A stretch of DNA of 64,000 nt. Origin: Squalus acanthias. Its lineage: Eukaryota. This document shows, piece after piece, positions 52,625 through 64,000 of the stretch. The notes beneath the pieces are model-generated. The model searched no databases. It was not told the origin of the DNA and saw only the letters and a list, made by a program, of their open reading frames with translations. Made by a program: the position numbers and the translations under genes. Where the stretch lies: contig CM059432.1 of the NCBI GenBank assembly GCA_030390025.1, positions 130,946,001-131,010,000 of the forward strand, in the 5' to 3' direction. Numbering within the stretch: position 1 is the stretch's first letter; each line of letters starts with the position of its first letter.

Positions 52625-53315
52625 CAGTTAGCCTGTTATCAGTCGTCGGGAGAATGCTGCAATCTATTAAGGAAGTGGTATCAGGGCACTTAGAAAATTA
52701 TAACATGATTAGGCAGAGTAAACATGGTTTTATGCTAGGGAAATAGTGTTTGACAAATTTATTAGTTTTTTTGAGGATGTAACTAGCAGGGTCGATTAAA
52801 GGGGAACCAGTTGATGTAGCATATTTGGATTTCCAAAAGGCATTCGATGAGGTGCCACATAAAAGGTTATTACACAAGATAAGGGCTCATGGGGTTGGGG
52901 GTAATATGGATAGAGGATTGGTTAATGGACAGAAAACAGAGAGTAGGGATAAACAGGTCTTTTTCAGGTTGGCAGGCTGTAACTAGTGGGGTGCCACAAG
53001 GATCAGTGCTGGGGCCTCAGCTATTTACAATCTCTATTAATGACCTAGATGAAGTGACCGAGTGCAATGTATCCAAGTTTGTTGACGATACAAAGCTAGG
53101 TGGGACAGTAAGCTGTGAGGAGAACACAGAGTCTGCAAAGGGATATAGATAGACTGAGTGGGCATTAAGGTGGCAGACGGAGTATAATGCAGGGAAATGT
53201 GAGGTTATTCACCTTTGGTAGGAAGAATAGAAAAACAGAATATTTTTTAAATGGTGAGACACTTTTAAATGTTGGTGTTCAGAGAGATTCGGGTGTCCTC
53301 GTGAAAGAAACACAG
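52625..53315 (+). mobile_element. CR1 RT fragment (frameshifted)
   Basis: YLDFQKAFDEVPH, SGVPQGSVLGP and KFVDDTKL motifs. Confidence 0.85.
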
Positions 53316-55611
53316 AGACTCTGAACAAATATTTTGTATCTGTCTTCACGGTAGAAGACACCAACAACATCCCAATAATGGATAATCAAGGGGCCACAGG
53401 GAGGGGGGAACTAAAGACAATCACTAAGGAAATAGTACTTGGTAAAATAATGAGACTAAAAGACAACGGGCTGGATTTTGTCTTGGGGGTCGTGTTATCC
53501 GCATTTCGTGTTTCCCCCACGACTCCAGTTGAATGTGGAAGAGTGATGCAATTTTCACTTAATTGGTCAATTGAGTTCCAGCATGTGTAACAAATTAGTG
53601 GTTTCAGTCTGAAAGTCGCCTCTGATGATGTCATCATTGCTGACTGCCTAGTCTGAGAGAGAGACACAGAGACACTATCACACCTAATACTACTACCTTC
53701 ATCACATTTCCGTTGTAATAGTGGACCTGCAGCCAATAGTCAGCTATCCACCTGTGCTCCCGCCAGGTTTCACTGGAGTGTTTCACACCAGGCGTGCTTC
53801 ACGTCAGAAAAGGGTTAAACTAGCTAAAACGTTTGAAAATCGCATTACAGAGCCAATTTAGAGCTTGTTAAGGGCTTTAATGGCCTCTCCCGCCTCTTGG
53901 AGGCGGGACGGAGTCGGGAACCCCGCGACTGATTTTGTCAAAATTGCGTGGAGGCGGGTGGGGTCGGGACCCCCAACCCCGCAAATTTAACCCCCACACG
54001 CCTCCAAACCCGACTCCATGGGTCATTCAAAATCCAGCCCAACAAGTCCCCTGGACCAGATGGCCTGCATCCCAGGATCTTAAAAGATGTGGCTGCAGAG
54101 ATAGTGGATGCATTGGTTGCAATATACCAAAATTCCCTGGACTCTGGAGAGGTCCCAGCAGATTGGAAAACCGCAGATGTAACACCCCTATTTAAAAAAG
54201 GAGGTAGACAGAAAGCAGGAAACTATAGACCAGTTAGCCTAACATCTGTCGTTGGGAAAATGCTGGCGTCCTTCATTAAGGAAGCAGTAGCAGGGCATTT
54301 GGAAAATCATAATGCAGTCAAGCAGAGTCAGCATGGTTTTATGAAAGGGAAATCATGTTTAACAAATTTGCTGGAGTTCTTTGAGGATGTAACGAGCAGG
54401 GTGGACAAAGGTGAGCCAGTGAATGTGGTGTATTTGGATTTCCAGAAGGCATTCGATAAGGTGCCACATAAAAGGTTACTGCATAGGATAAGAGCTCATG
54501 GAGTTGGGGGTAATATATTAGCATGGATAGAGAATTGGCTAACTAACAGAAAGCAGAGAGTTGGGATAAATGGGTCATTTTCCAGTTGGCAAACGATAAC
54601 TAGTGGGGTGCCACAGGGATCGGTGCTGGGGCCTCAACTATTTACAATCTACATTAATGACTTGGATGAAGGGACTGAGTGTCAGGTAGCCAAGTTTGCG
54701 GATGATACAAAGATGGGTGGGAAAGCAAGTTGTGCAGAGGACTCAAAGAATCTGCAAAGGGATATAGACAGGCTAAGTGAGTGGGCAAACAGTTGGCAGA
54801 TGGAGTATAATGTGGGAAAATGTGAGGTTATCCACTTTGGCAGGAAAAATAAAAAAGCGAATTATTATTTAAATGGAGAGAGATTACAAAAATGCTGCAG
54901 TTCAGAGGGACCTGGGGCTACTTGTGCATGAAACACTAAAAGTTAGCATGCAGGTACAGCAAGTAATCAGAAAGGCAAATGTTGACCTTTATTGCAAGGG
55001 GGTTGGAGTATAAGAGTAAGGAAGTCTTGCTACAATTGTACAGGGCCTTGGTGAGACCACACCTGGCGTACTGTGCACAGTTTTGGTCTCCTTATCTAAG
55101 GAATGATATACTTGCCTTGGAGGTGGTGCAACGAAGGTTCACTAGATTGATTCCTGGGATGAGAGGGCTATCTTATAATGAGAGATTGTGTAGACTGGGC
55201 CTATACTCTCTGGAGTTTAGAAGAATGAGAGGTGATCTCATTGAAACATACAAGATTCTGAAGGGGATTGACAGGGTAGATGCTGAGACGTTGTTTCCCC
55301 TGGCTGGAGTGTCTAGAACTAGGGGGCATAGTCTCAGAATAAGTGGTAGGCCATATAAGACCGAAATGAGGAGGAATTTCTTCACTGAGGGTTGTGAATC
55401 TTTGGAATTCTCAGCATGCACAGCCCTCTGGGGCAGATAGTATATTCAAGGCTGAGATAGATAGATTTTTGGACTCTAGGGGAATCAAGAGATATGGAGA
55501 TTGGACGGGAGAGTAGAGTTGAGGTCTATGATCAGCCATGATCTTATTGAATGGCGGAGTAGGCTCAAGGGGCCGTATGGCCTACTCCTGCTCCTATTTC
55601 TTATGTTGTTA
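53316..55611 (+). mobile_element. CR1 LINE, 5'-truncated ORF2 (RT plus C-terminus) and 3' UTR, interrupted by a MITE
   Basis: KSPGPDG, NYRPVSLTS, QHGF, YLDFQKAFDKV, GVPQGSVLGP and KFADD motifs. Frameshift near 54890. Confidence 0.95.
53468..54040. mobile_element. Harbinger-like MITE, 573 bp
   Basis: Perfect 13-bp TIRs GGGCTGGATTTTG / CAAAATCCAGCCC and 3-bp TSD AAC. Excision restores the CR1 frame MRLKDN|KSPGPDG. Confidence 0.93.
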
Positions 55612-55741
55612 TGGAATGGCATCATCAGAGCACATGCGACGGAGAAACTGGGAGAATGTAATAGAGTCCTTACAGAAAGCAGGGTGGGAGGAAGTGTAGC
55701 TCAGGTAGCTGTGGGATTCAGTGGGCTATTAGTGGATCAAC

Positions 55742-58210
55742 AACAGAAAATGCTGGAAACACTGAGCAGGTCAGGCAGCATCGTGGAGAGAGAAACAGAG
55801 TTAACGTTTCAGGTCGAAGACCCTTCGCAGAACTGGAAAAGTTGGAGGAGTAACAGATATTTAAGCAAATGTGGGGCAGGGAAAGGGGGGAGGGGTGGAA
55901 AGAACAAAGGAAAGTTTGTGATGGGATGGAAGGCAGGAGAGATTGAAAGACAAGGGATGATGGTGCAAGGCAGAAGGAGATGGTAATGGGACAAGTTAAG
56001 AAACAAAAGATGACTCTAGATGAGGGGTAAATGACTGGCAGAATCATCAGCAGCTGCCGCGTGAGAGAGAAAAGAAAACATGGGGGCCGAGGTTATAGTC
56101 TAAAATTGTTGAACTCGATGTTGAGTCCAGAAGGCTGTAAAGTGCCTAATCGAAAGATGAGGAGCTGTTCCTCGAGCTTACATTGAGCTTCGTTGGAACA
56201 GTATAAGAAGCCGAGGACGGAGAGGTCAGATGGGAGTGGAGCGGAGAATTAAAGTGACAGGCAACTGGAAGCTCGGGGTCACACTTACGGACTGAACGGA
56301 GGTGTTCCGCAAAGCGGTCACCCAATCTGCGTTTGGTCTCCCCAATGTAGAGGAGACCGCATCGTGAGCAGCGAATACAGTATACTAAATTGCAAGAGGT
56401 ACAAGTAAATCACTGTTACACCTGGAAGGAGTGTTTGGGGCCCTGGAGAGTGGGAAGGGAGGAAGTGAAAGGGCAGGTGTTGCATCTCCTGCGCTTGCAC
56501 GGGAAGGTGCCATGGGAAAGGGAAGGTGCTGTTGGGGGGTGATAGAGGAGTGGACCAAGGTGTCGCTGAGGGAGCGGTCCCTTCGGAATGCTGAAAGGGG
56601 AGGGGAAGATGTGTTTTGTGGTGGGATCACGTTGGAGGTGGCGGAAATGGCGGAGGATGATCAGTTGAATGTGGAGGCTGGTGTGGTGAAAGGTGAGGAC
56701 AAGGGGAACCCTATCGTGGTTCTGGGAGGGAGGGGAAGGGGTGAGAGCAGAAGCGTGGGAAATGGAACGGACACGGTCGATGGGAATCCTCGGTTGAGGA
56801 AAAAGGAAGACATATCGGAGGCACTAGTATGGAAGGTGGCATCGTCAGAACAGATGCGGCGGAGACGGAGAAACTGGGAGAATGGAATAGAGTCCTTGCA
56901 GGGAGCGGGGTGGGAGGAAGTGTAGTCCAGGTTGCTGTGGGAGTCAGTGGGCTTATAGTGGATGTTTGTCGATAGCCTATTCCCAGAGATGGAGACAGAG
57001 AAGTCTAGGAAGGGAAGGGAAGAGTCGGAGATGGACCATGTGAAGGTGAGGGAAGGGTGGAAATTGGAAGCAAAGTGAATTAAATTTTCCAGTTCTGGGC
57101 GAGAGCAGGAAACGGCACCAATACAGTCATCAATGTACCGGAAAAAGAGGTGAGGGAGGGGCCCTGAGTAGGACTGGAACAAAGAATGTTCCACATATCC
57201 CACGAAAAGGCAGGCATAGCTAGGACCCATGGGTCCCCATAGCAACACCTTTAATTTGGAGGAAGCGAGTGGAGTCAAAGGAGAAGTTGTTCAATTTGAG
57301 AACAAGTTCAACCAGGCGGAGGAGGGTGGGACTGGTTGGGCCTCTGTTCATGGAAGAAGCTGAGCACCCTCAGGCCGTCCTGGTGGGAGATGGAGGTTAG
57401 AGGGATTGGACGTCCATAGTGAAAGGCAGACCGCTGGGGCCAGGAAACTGTTAAAGTGGCGGAGGACGTCGGAAGAGTTGCGGATGTAGGTGGCAAGAGA
57501 CTGGACAAGGGGAGAAAAAATAGTTGAGATGGAAAGAAATCAGTTCCGTGGGGCAAGAACAGACTGAAACAATGGGTCTACCAGGGCAGTCCTGTTTGTG
57601 GATCTTGAGAAGGAGATCGAAGCGGGGTTGCGGAACTATGAGGATGGCGGCCATGGAGGGAAGATCTCCAGAGGAGATGGCTTGATGTTCGGTAGTGGGG
57701 TCATGGTCCAGGGGGAGGTAGGAGGTAGTGTCCGAGAGTTGGCATTCAGCCTCCGCAAGGTAGATGTCGGTTCGCCAAACAACAACTGCACCACCCTTGT
57801 CAGCAGGTTTAATGACAATGTTGGGGTTGGATCTGAGCGAACGGAGTGCTGCAAGTTCAGAGGGAGGTAGGTTGGAGTGAGTGAGGGAAGCTCGAAATTC
57901 ATTAAGGTGGGGGCGTAAGGGGACGAAGCTCAGGCCTTTGCTGAGGACTGATCGTTCGGGATCAGAGGGGATAGTGAAAACACGGCAGGGGGCGAGATTG
58001 GAAGAAGGGATGGGGTCAGTTCTGACCCCTTTCCCTGCCTCTGTACTTGCTTAAAACCTGTTACAGCTAACATTTTCCAGTTCTGATGAAAGGTCACCGA
58101 CCTGAAACGTTAACTGTTTCTCTCTCCACAGATGCTGCCTGACCTGCTGAGTGTTCCCAGCATTTTCTGTTTCTATTTCAGATTTCCAGAATCCGCTGAA
58201 TTTTGCCTTT
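55742..58210 (-). mobile_element. Penelope-like element (Neptune-type): RT plus GIY-YIG endonuclease relic, flanked by inverted pLTRs
   Basis: PGRPIVS, MGPSYACLFVG, FFRYIDD, LPFLD, IPFSQFLRLRRICS, Cys-rich linker and LVYCIRCSRCGLLYIGETKR. pLTR on the minus strand at about 55742-55890 and inverted on the plus strand at about 58025-58210. Confidence 0.93.
58078..58116 (+). ncRNA. Candidate minimal hammerhead ribozyme in the inverted pLTR
   Basis: CAGTT-CTGATGA-A-AGGTC-ACC-GACCT-GAAA-CG-TT-AACTG. Perfect 5-bp stem I, 5-bp stem II and an intact core. Confidence 0.78.
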
Positions 58211-59092
58211 CTCTCGACATCTGTATCGGTAGTTAAATGAATTAATATGTTGCTTTCACAAACTGTTAAGTCTTGACAGCGAGGTATGATTACTTGGTGC
58301 TTCTCTACTCCAAGATGGCCTCAAAGTTAAATCCTAGTTGACCATTTCCAGAACTATACTGTATAATTAATTTGTGGAGATTGAAACACTGAAACAAATT
58401 CTATGTTGGTGTGCAGTCTTCTTTGAATGTAGTTCTACCGTTGCAAAACCATCCCGCTTACAATTGTTTTCCTTTTGTCTGACAAATTGCTTTAAACGCA
58501 ACATTTTTATATGTTATCCCTCTTGTACGTTTGGCTTTCGTGAAAATGATTCCTGTGCAAGGCCTTATGCAGTGTAGGCTGGGGAGATCACGTAGTTTGC
58601 ACACTGATTAGTAAGACTGTGAACTCTTGTCCCATGTTTCCCTCATTAAAAATGATGCGCTAGTCATTTTAAGGAGGTTGAAGTACCTTCAAACAATGAA
58701 AAAATCTGTGCTGAATGTACGTAGTATATTTTTTTCTTCAAAATTGGTTATTTTCTTATGAACATGATGTACAGGTTTTGTAATATCAGCACTGTCCAGG
58801 CTGTTCACTTTCACTTAGCCTCACCTTTATGAACTATTCTTTCCATAACTGGAAGGTACAGTAAATACAAATTCAGTCTTTCCAAATACTGTACTTAGAG
58901 AACTCTCTGGCAGAATTCACACTGAATTTTCATTACCACACTTTTGTTGGTGTTTTCTGGAGTGAGTTGATATTACTTTAACTCCAGATCTGCTTTGTTT
59001 TGACTGTATCAGCCAGGTTAAAATTTGTAAAGGAGATGGAACAGTCTATAACTGAAATGGTAAAGTGGTGTTGCATTGGTAGTGTAAGTGGG

Positions 59093-59113
59093 TGTAGCAC
59101 CATCTGCTGGATG
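59093..59113 (-). promoter_or_regulatory. Candidate CTCF site
   Basis: Minus strand CCAGCAGATGGTGCTA matches the CCASYAGRKGGCRS core with one C>T change. Confidence 0.45.
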
Positions 59114-59892
59114 TACTGGCTATCCAAATTATATTTTATTTTGGACTTCGCTTAATCAGTAAGGAAATGCATATGTTTCTCTTTCATATGTATAAACTTA
59201 CTTCCCTGATGGTATACTGGGTAAATGCATTGTGTGGTGTGGTAATTAGCACAATCCTTTAAAAAATCTCTGCCTCAATTCCCGCTCTGCAGTGAGTTGG
59301 CTAATCTCAGCCAGGGCAGCAACTGGTGCACTTCAGTTGTCCTGAATGGAAACAAGTTGGCTGAGGTTCCTGCTCCTGATTGTTAGCCCATGAATCATTC
59401 TAGAAATGTATCCTTCTGAAAATTTCTTCTTCTAGAAATGTTGAATGTGTAGGTGAGGATAAGATCAAGCTTGCTTGTTCTGCCCTCCACAGTTGAATAA
59501 CCAACCAGAGGATTATTTGAAATCATTGTAGTGCATTCACGCTCATGCTTGGAGGGTGACATTGGGCTTTAGAGTGCCCTGGTGAAAACAGCTAGTATTT
59601 TGTCAACAAAATATTTTGCAGTGCGGTGCTTACTAACTGACAGTGATTGAGTGGAGCAGCATGCGATTGTATTCTCCAAACCAAGTGATATTCGGGTGTG
59701 TTTATACTACAGATTTCGTAATCGAGTTGGGATAGAGTGGTGTGAAATTCCCTGGAGCAGCAAGGCTCACAATGCTTGGGTTTGACACCACATTTGAGTT
59801 CATGTAGTGTCGAACTGGGTTCACAAGGTGGTTGGGGTCCCTTTTACCTCCTGAGCATTTTTTAAATGTATCTGAAGTTTATTGAAGTTTTA

Positions 59893-60070
59893 GGAACGTG
59901 GGAACAGGAGTAGGCCATTCAGCCCCTCGAGCCTGTTCATTCAGTTGATCGTGGCTGATCTGTATCCTAACTCCATTTACTCGCCTTGGTTCCATATCCT
60001 TTAATACCCTTACCTAACAAAAATCTGTCACTCAGTTGTGAAATTTTCAGTTGACCTAACCTCAACAGCT
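59893..60070 (-). mobile_element. CR1 3' UTR fragment
   Basis: ggaacaggagtaggccattcagcccctcgagcctg... same terminus as the other CR1 copies. Confidence 0.75.
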
Positions 60071-61153
60071 GTCAGAGTATTGACCCTGCTACCCGCACTC
60101 AAGACATTTAAATTTTAACTGCTTTGAGATGAGTGGTGCACATGCGTGACACCGTTCAGTCTCAGTCTGGTAGCTGCAGTGTAAATCCTTCTTGTGCATT
60201 TATGTTGAGGAACTACTTCAAAGAGAAGTAGATCTATGCTAGCTTTGGCTCCTGGAACATCTCAGTTTGGCAGATTCTACAGGACTGCAGCAATAAATTG
60301 TGATTTGCAATTTCATTTGTAACTTAAGATCCCTCATGATGGTTAAGAAAGGCCCATCAGGCCAGATCTTGGAAAACTGCATCTTGAGCTGGATGCACTG
60401 CCTGATGGCAGCTAGAAAGAATGGCCAGTGCTGATTTCTCATGATGTAATAATGCAACCCACCTCTTTAGGTGGACTTTTCTTCATTTGCTATACAATCC
60501 TGTCATCGTAGTGGAGACTGTTGCTGGTAAAAGCAATAGAATTTAGCATGTTTGGAGCCTATTGTGCTGGGAAGAAGAGTTCTTGCCACAAATTTAGTTA
60601 GGCATGGATAGGACATAAATGCAAAGTACAGTGGCCCAAAAAGTTGCAATAAGAGCTCTATCCAACTTATTTACTGCTACATATTTTGGCCTCTAGGTAC
60701 TGGCTTTAATTTATTTATCACTGCAAATAAATAAAAGTGCTTTATAATTACGTACAAGGAGGCATCCATAATTGTTGTTTTCTGATGGGTGAGTATTTAT
60801 GCTCCTTGCACGTTTTCATTTTCATTTTACAGTATAGTCTACACGTAATTCAAAGTTGTTTTGTATTAAAAGAAATCTAATTAAGCAGCTGAACTAAAAC
60901 AGCAGTTAGCTTTGTGCTCACAGGTGAACGGATAATTCAAGTTGACTTTGAATTAAAAGGAGTAAACCATTTTGTTTTGAAGTTGGTGAAACAGGAGTGC
61001 ACCTGTGGAAAAAGATGATGTTGAATAATCTCTAATTCTGTTTTGAAACTGCTCTGAAGATAGATGTGTTGAAGCTTAAGTATAGAAATATTGCTACAAC
61101 ACTAACATGGATTTGACAGATGTAAATGACTCCCTTCCCTTCTCTCTTTTTAG

Positions 61154-61238
61154 GTGCAACAAGAGAAATAGGTTCAGCATTGACCAGAATGTGTATGAGA
61201 CACAGAAGTATAGAGGCTAAACTTCGTCAATTCTCGGC
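61154..61238 (+). CDS. MTSS1: MTSS1 (MIM) coding exon in the I-BAR/IMD domain, equivalent to human exon 4
   Basis: 85-bp exon between a pyrimidine-rich acceptor (ttttttag-like, ...tctttttag) and a gtaagt donor. Translates (G)ATREIGSALTRMCMRHRSIEAKLRQFS(A), matching the MTSS1 IMD as I recall it. Confidence 0.96.
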
Positions 61239-61896
61239 GTAAGTTATTCTGCTTTTGTACATGTAGAATAATGAATGCACAGTGTAGAATAATTATTTAT
61301 GGTTTTTTTTCTTTTAATTGGTTCAGAATCTACTTAGACTGATTATAATCTTAAAGGTGATCTGGCTGAATTGGACGGGGGTTTATTTCAAGGCCTAGTT
61401 TTCAGGAAAATGTAGGAGCTCATTCAGCTGACCCAATTCATTTTCCACATTTTTGTTTTCCAATCTGCTGAGTGACATCAAATTACACTTTTGAATTTCT
61501 GGTTGGGCACTCAATTGGGTCACTTCTGTTCTTTTATGAGCAGCTTTTTAATATTTTTTTAATTTTAAATGCATTTCCTTCAGCTTTATCTGGAGAACTG
61601 TGTTATACAATCTATGCATTAAAAATATTGAAAGGAAGTCTTTCTTTACTAATCAAGTTGATTGTAGTACATCATAAATATTTTTTAATGGTCTGCTAGA
61701 TGTTTCACGTTTAAAATCAGTTGAGTAGTCCTTTGGTTTTTAAAAAAAAATTGATAATGGCGAACAGCATATTTGTTACCTTTCTATTATATGGCTTCTA
61801 TTTAAATACACTTACAATATATAAGATTTGTTGCATTCTTTTCAGATTAAAAACCCAGTTGTCTTTTCTGATCTTAACACTATTTGGTTAACTTAG

Positions 61897-61988
61897 AGCT
61901 CTGATCGATTGCCTGATAAATCCACTTCAGGATCAAATGGAAGAATGGAAGAAAGTGGCCAACCAGCTGGATAAGGACCATGCAAAAG
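61897..61988 (+). CDS. MTSS1: MTSS1 coding exon (IMD), equivalent to human exon 5
   Basis: 92-bp exon, ttag|...AAAG|gtacac. Translates ALIDCLINPLQDQMEEWKKVANQLDKDHAK. Phase continues from the previous exon. Confidence 0.96.
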
Positions 61989-62560
61989 GTACACTTAACC
62001 AAGGATTCATTATTTTAAAATGTGCTGTAAATACCTCTGATCAAAATTGTAAAAGAGCTGTATTTATAAAAATAAAATCTAGTTTCATTCACTCTAAAGG
62101 TCTTGTTTTGAAAATAATTAAAATATATTATTGGCTCCCTTTGTGAGCCAGTCCTTATTCCAGGTTAGCCAAAATGACACATGCTATAGAGAGTCTATCA
62201 TATCTGTCACCATAACATGCATTATTTAGGGGGAAAGCTAGAGTCAGGTTGCAGGTGGCCAGGAAGGTGGAGATGCACACACCCTGTTTATGTACAAATC
62301 GGCTGACCTGGTTTAGCTTGAAGTAATGCTATTTAGCTTGAAATCTATTGTTTTCAATTATATATATTTTGGGCAGATCAGTAGAATTGCCATATTGGCA
62401 TTAATACCAAATATCCTTTCAAATTTACTAAATATCAGTGTGCTGTTTTTAACATGACTTGCACTACAGTAGGCGATGTATAAAATATAGAAATCACTAT
62501 AGTAGGGGATGCAATAAAGAATAATAATAGACCTTGACAGAAGTTTTCTTTGTTGTAAAG

Positions 62561-62635
62561 AATATAAGAAAGCTCGACAAGAAATCAAAAAGAAATCGTC
62601 TGATACATTAAAACTTCAGAAGAAGGCAAAGAAAG
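62561..62635 (+). CDS. MTSS1: MTSS1 coding exon (IMD basic cluster), equivalent to human exon 6
   Basis: 75-bp exon, taaag|...AAAG|gtatgt. Translates (E)YKKARQEIKKKSSDTLKLQKKAKK, in phase with the previous exon. Confidence 0.95.
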
Positions 62636-63322
62636 GTATGTTATTTCAAAATGCACATTTGTATTACTGTTTCTTTATATATAGTGCTATGTAAACATTT
62701 TACCAGTAGGTTTATCTCATTAACTGCAATGGTTTTGGACCTACCTTTTCTGCACAACTGTGTGGTCTATTCATACAAAGTTATAGATATTGTAGCCCAG
62801 TTCATATTAACTCAGCCAGAGGTGGATAGGTAGTAAATATTGGCTCACTACAGTTGTTTATGACTATAGCGATAAACTGTTGATTTGAGTAATACAGGAG
62901 TGACCAAGCATGTTCTTAATGGTTTCAGGCATCATTACCCATTTCTGTGACCTCGTAATACAATATTATTTGAATTTGATTTACTCATAGTCAGCTTTTT
63001 AAAAACCCTTTCACTTCTTTTGTACAGACAGTAGCTTGTGCTTTGTGCCATTTACAGTCATGCTATTTCTTCCTGAGATTAATTGTCATACACCACTGAA
63101 AACAAGTCACAAGTACTGAGCAATCTCGACTGTTAATTTGCACTATGTATTTCTCCACCATTCTCCTTCAAGGAAAATAAATCAATGCCATCAGCATACG
63201 TCTAGGAGACATGATGCTATCAGTGCTGCTGTTTCTTGAATCCCAGGAAACTTAAGTAGCTCATGAGGTTATCTCTCCATCAAGTGACCAGGCCAAAGCA
63301 GCAAATGTTTACCTCTATTAAT

Positions 63323-64000
63323 GGCCCAGAAATTAAACATCGATGGTTCCCGCGGGGGTAAGGATTCCCCGCGATATCGCACTCCGCGCCTACCTTTTTG
63401 TTTGGGGCCCACACGAACTTTAGTTTCAGAGCCTCTTGTTGCAACCGTGCAGTGTGTGCGTATCCCAGAGGCGCAATTAGTTCGTGCGAGCTCTGGGATC
63501 ACGTGATTCAGTTAGAGCCAATGGCAGCACACCATCTTTCATTCATAGTTTTGACAGCAAGAGCTGTCAAAGCTATGAATACTACAAACCCCCAAAAGAA
63601 CAGCTAAACCTCAATTAAATTTAAAAAAAAAGCCATCACATTAATAAAATAAGTATAGTTAAATAAATTAACCACTTTAAACAAAAAATTAAATTTTTGA
63701 AAAAATTTAAAATCTTTTTAAAAGTTATAAAAATAAACTTACCTTTCTTTAAAGTCTCTAAAAAAAGATAAACCTGTTGAAAATTTTTTAAAATAACACT
63801 TAATTAACTACTTACCTTGTTAAAAGGGGGTCCTACGCCTGCTTTCTTTATGTGTAAAATCTTCACCACTTACCTGCGCGTTCAAAGCTGAAAAAAAAAC
63901 TAAGTGCACTGCGTGCGCACAGCCTGTAGCGCACACGCGGTTCACTTAGGAACCGCCCCCTTCGCAATTCACGAAGTGCCTGGTTTCCCGCGCATGCGCA
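63323..64000. mobile_element. Probable Harbinger-like non-autonomous element running off the window end
   Basis: Starts GGCCCAGAAATT (compare GGCCTAGAAATT), with CpG-rich subterminal blocks around an AT-rich centre. The second TIR is not in the window. Confidence 0.55.

Noticed and set aside
53948..54931. 327-aa ORF as an intact gene with a novel N-terminus
   Set aside because: The first ~31 residues are read-through from the MITE end. The rest is a 5'-truncated CR1 RT that frameshifts near 54890.
61937..62146. 69-aa ORF MEEWKKV... as a separate gene
   Set aside because: It is the 3' part of an MTSS1 exon reading on into the following intron.
61154..62635. Assignment to MTSS2 (MTSS1L)
   Set aside because: Residues REIG, IEAKLRQFS, LIDCLINP, MEEWKKV and KKARQE fit MTSS1 rather than MTSS2 as I recall the two proteins.

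Overview
Vertebrate genomic DNA, most likely a cartilaginous fish (shark), inferred from the repeat content: CR1 LINEs, Deu-domain SINEs, L2, Neptune-type Penelope elements and Harbinger MITEs. The only host coding sequence I can support is three + strand exons of MTSS1 (I-BAR/IMD domain) at 61154-61238, 61897-61988 and 62561-62635. They splice in frame. The first ~61 kb therefore appears to be one very large MTSS1 intron packed with transposable elements, many of them nested. The most notable signal is a set of minimal hammerhead-ribozyme motifs in Penelope terminal repeats, from two families. One of them is a 187-bp mini-element at 43491-43677 with a 15-bp target-site duplication and a perfect 42-bp inverted repeat that places a hammerhead core on both strands. 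Other points of interest are a two-gene Harbinger relic, a DIRS RT relic, LF-SINE-like copies, a candidate CTCF site and candidate alternative MTSS1 5' exons. All family assignments come from motif recognition by eye, not from database searches, and most TE boundaries are approximate.
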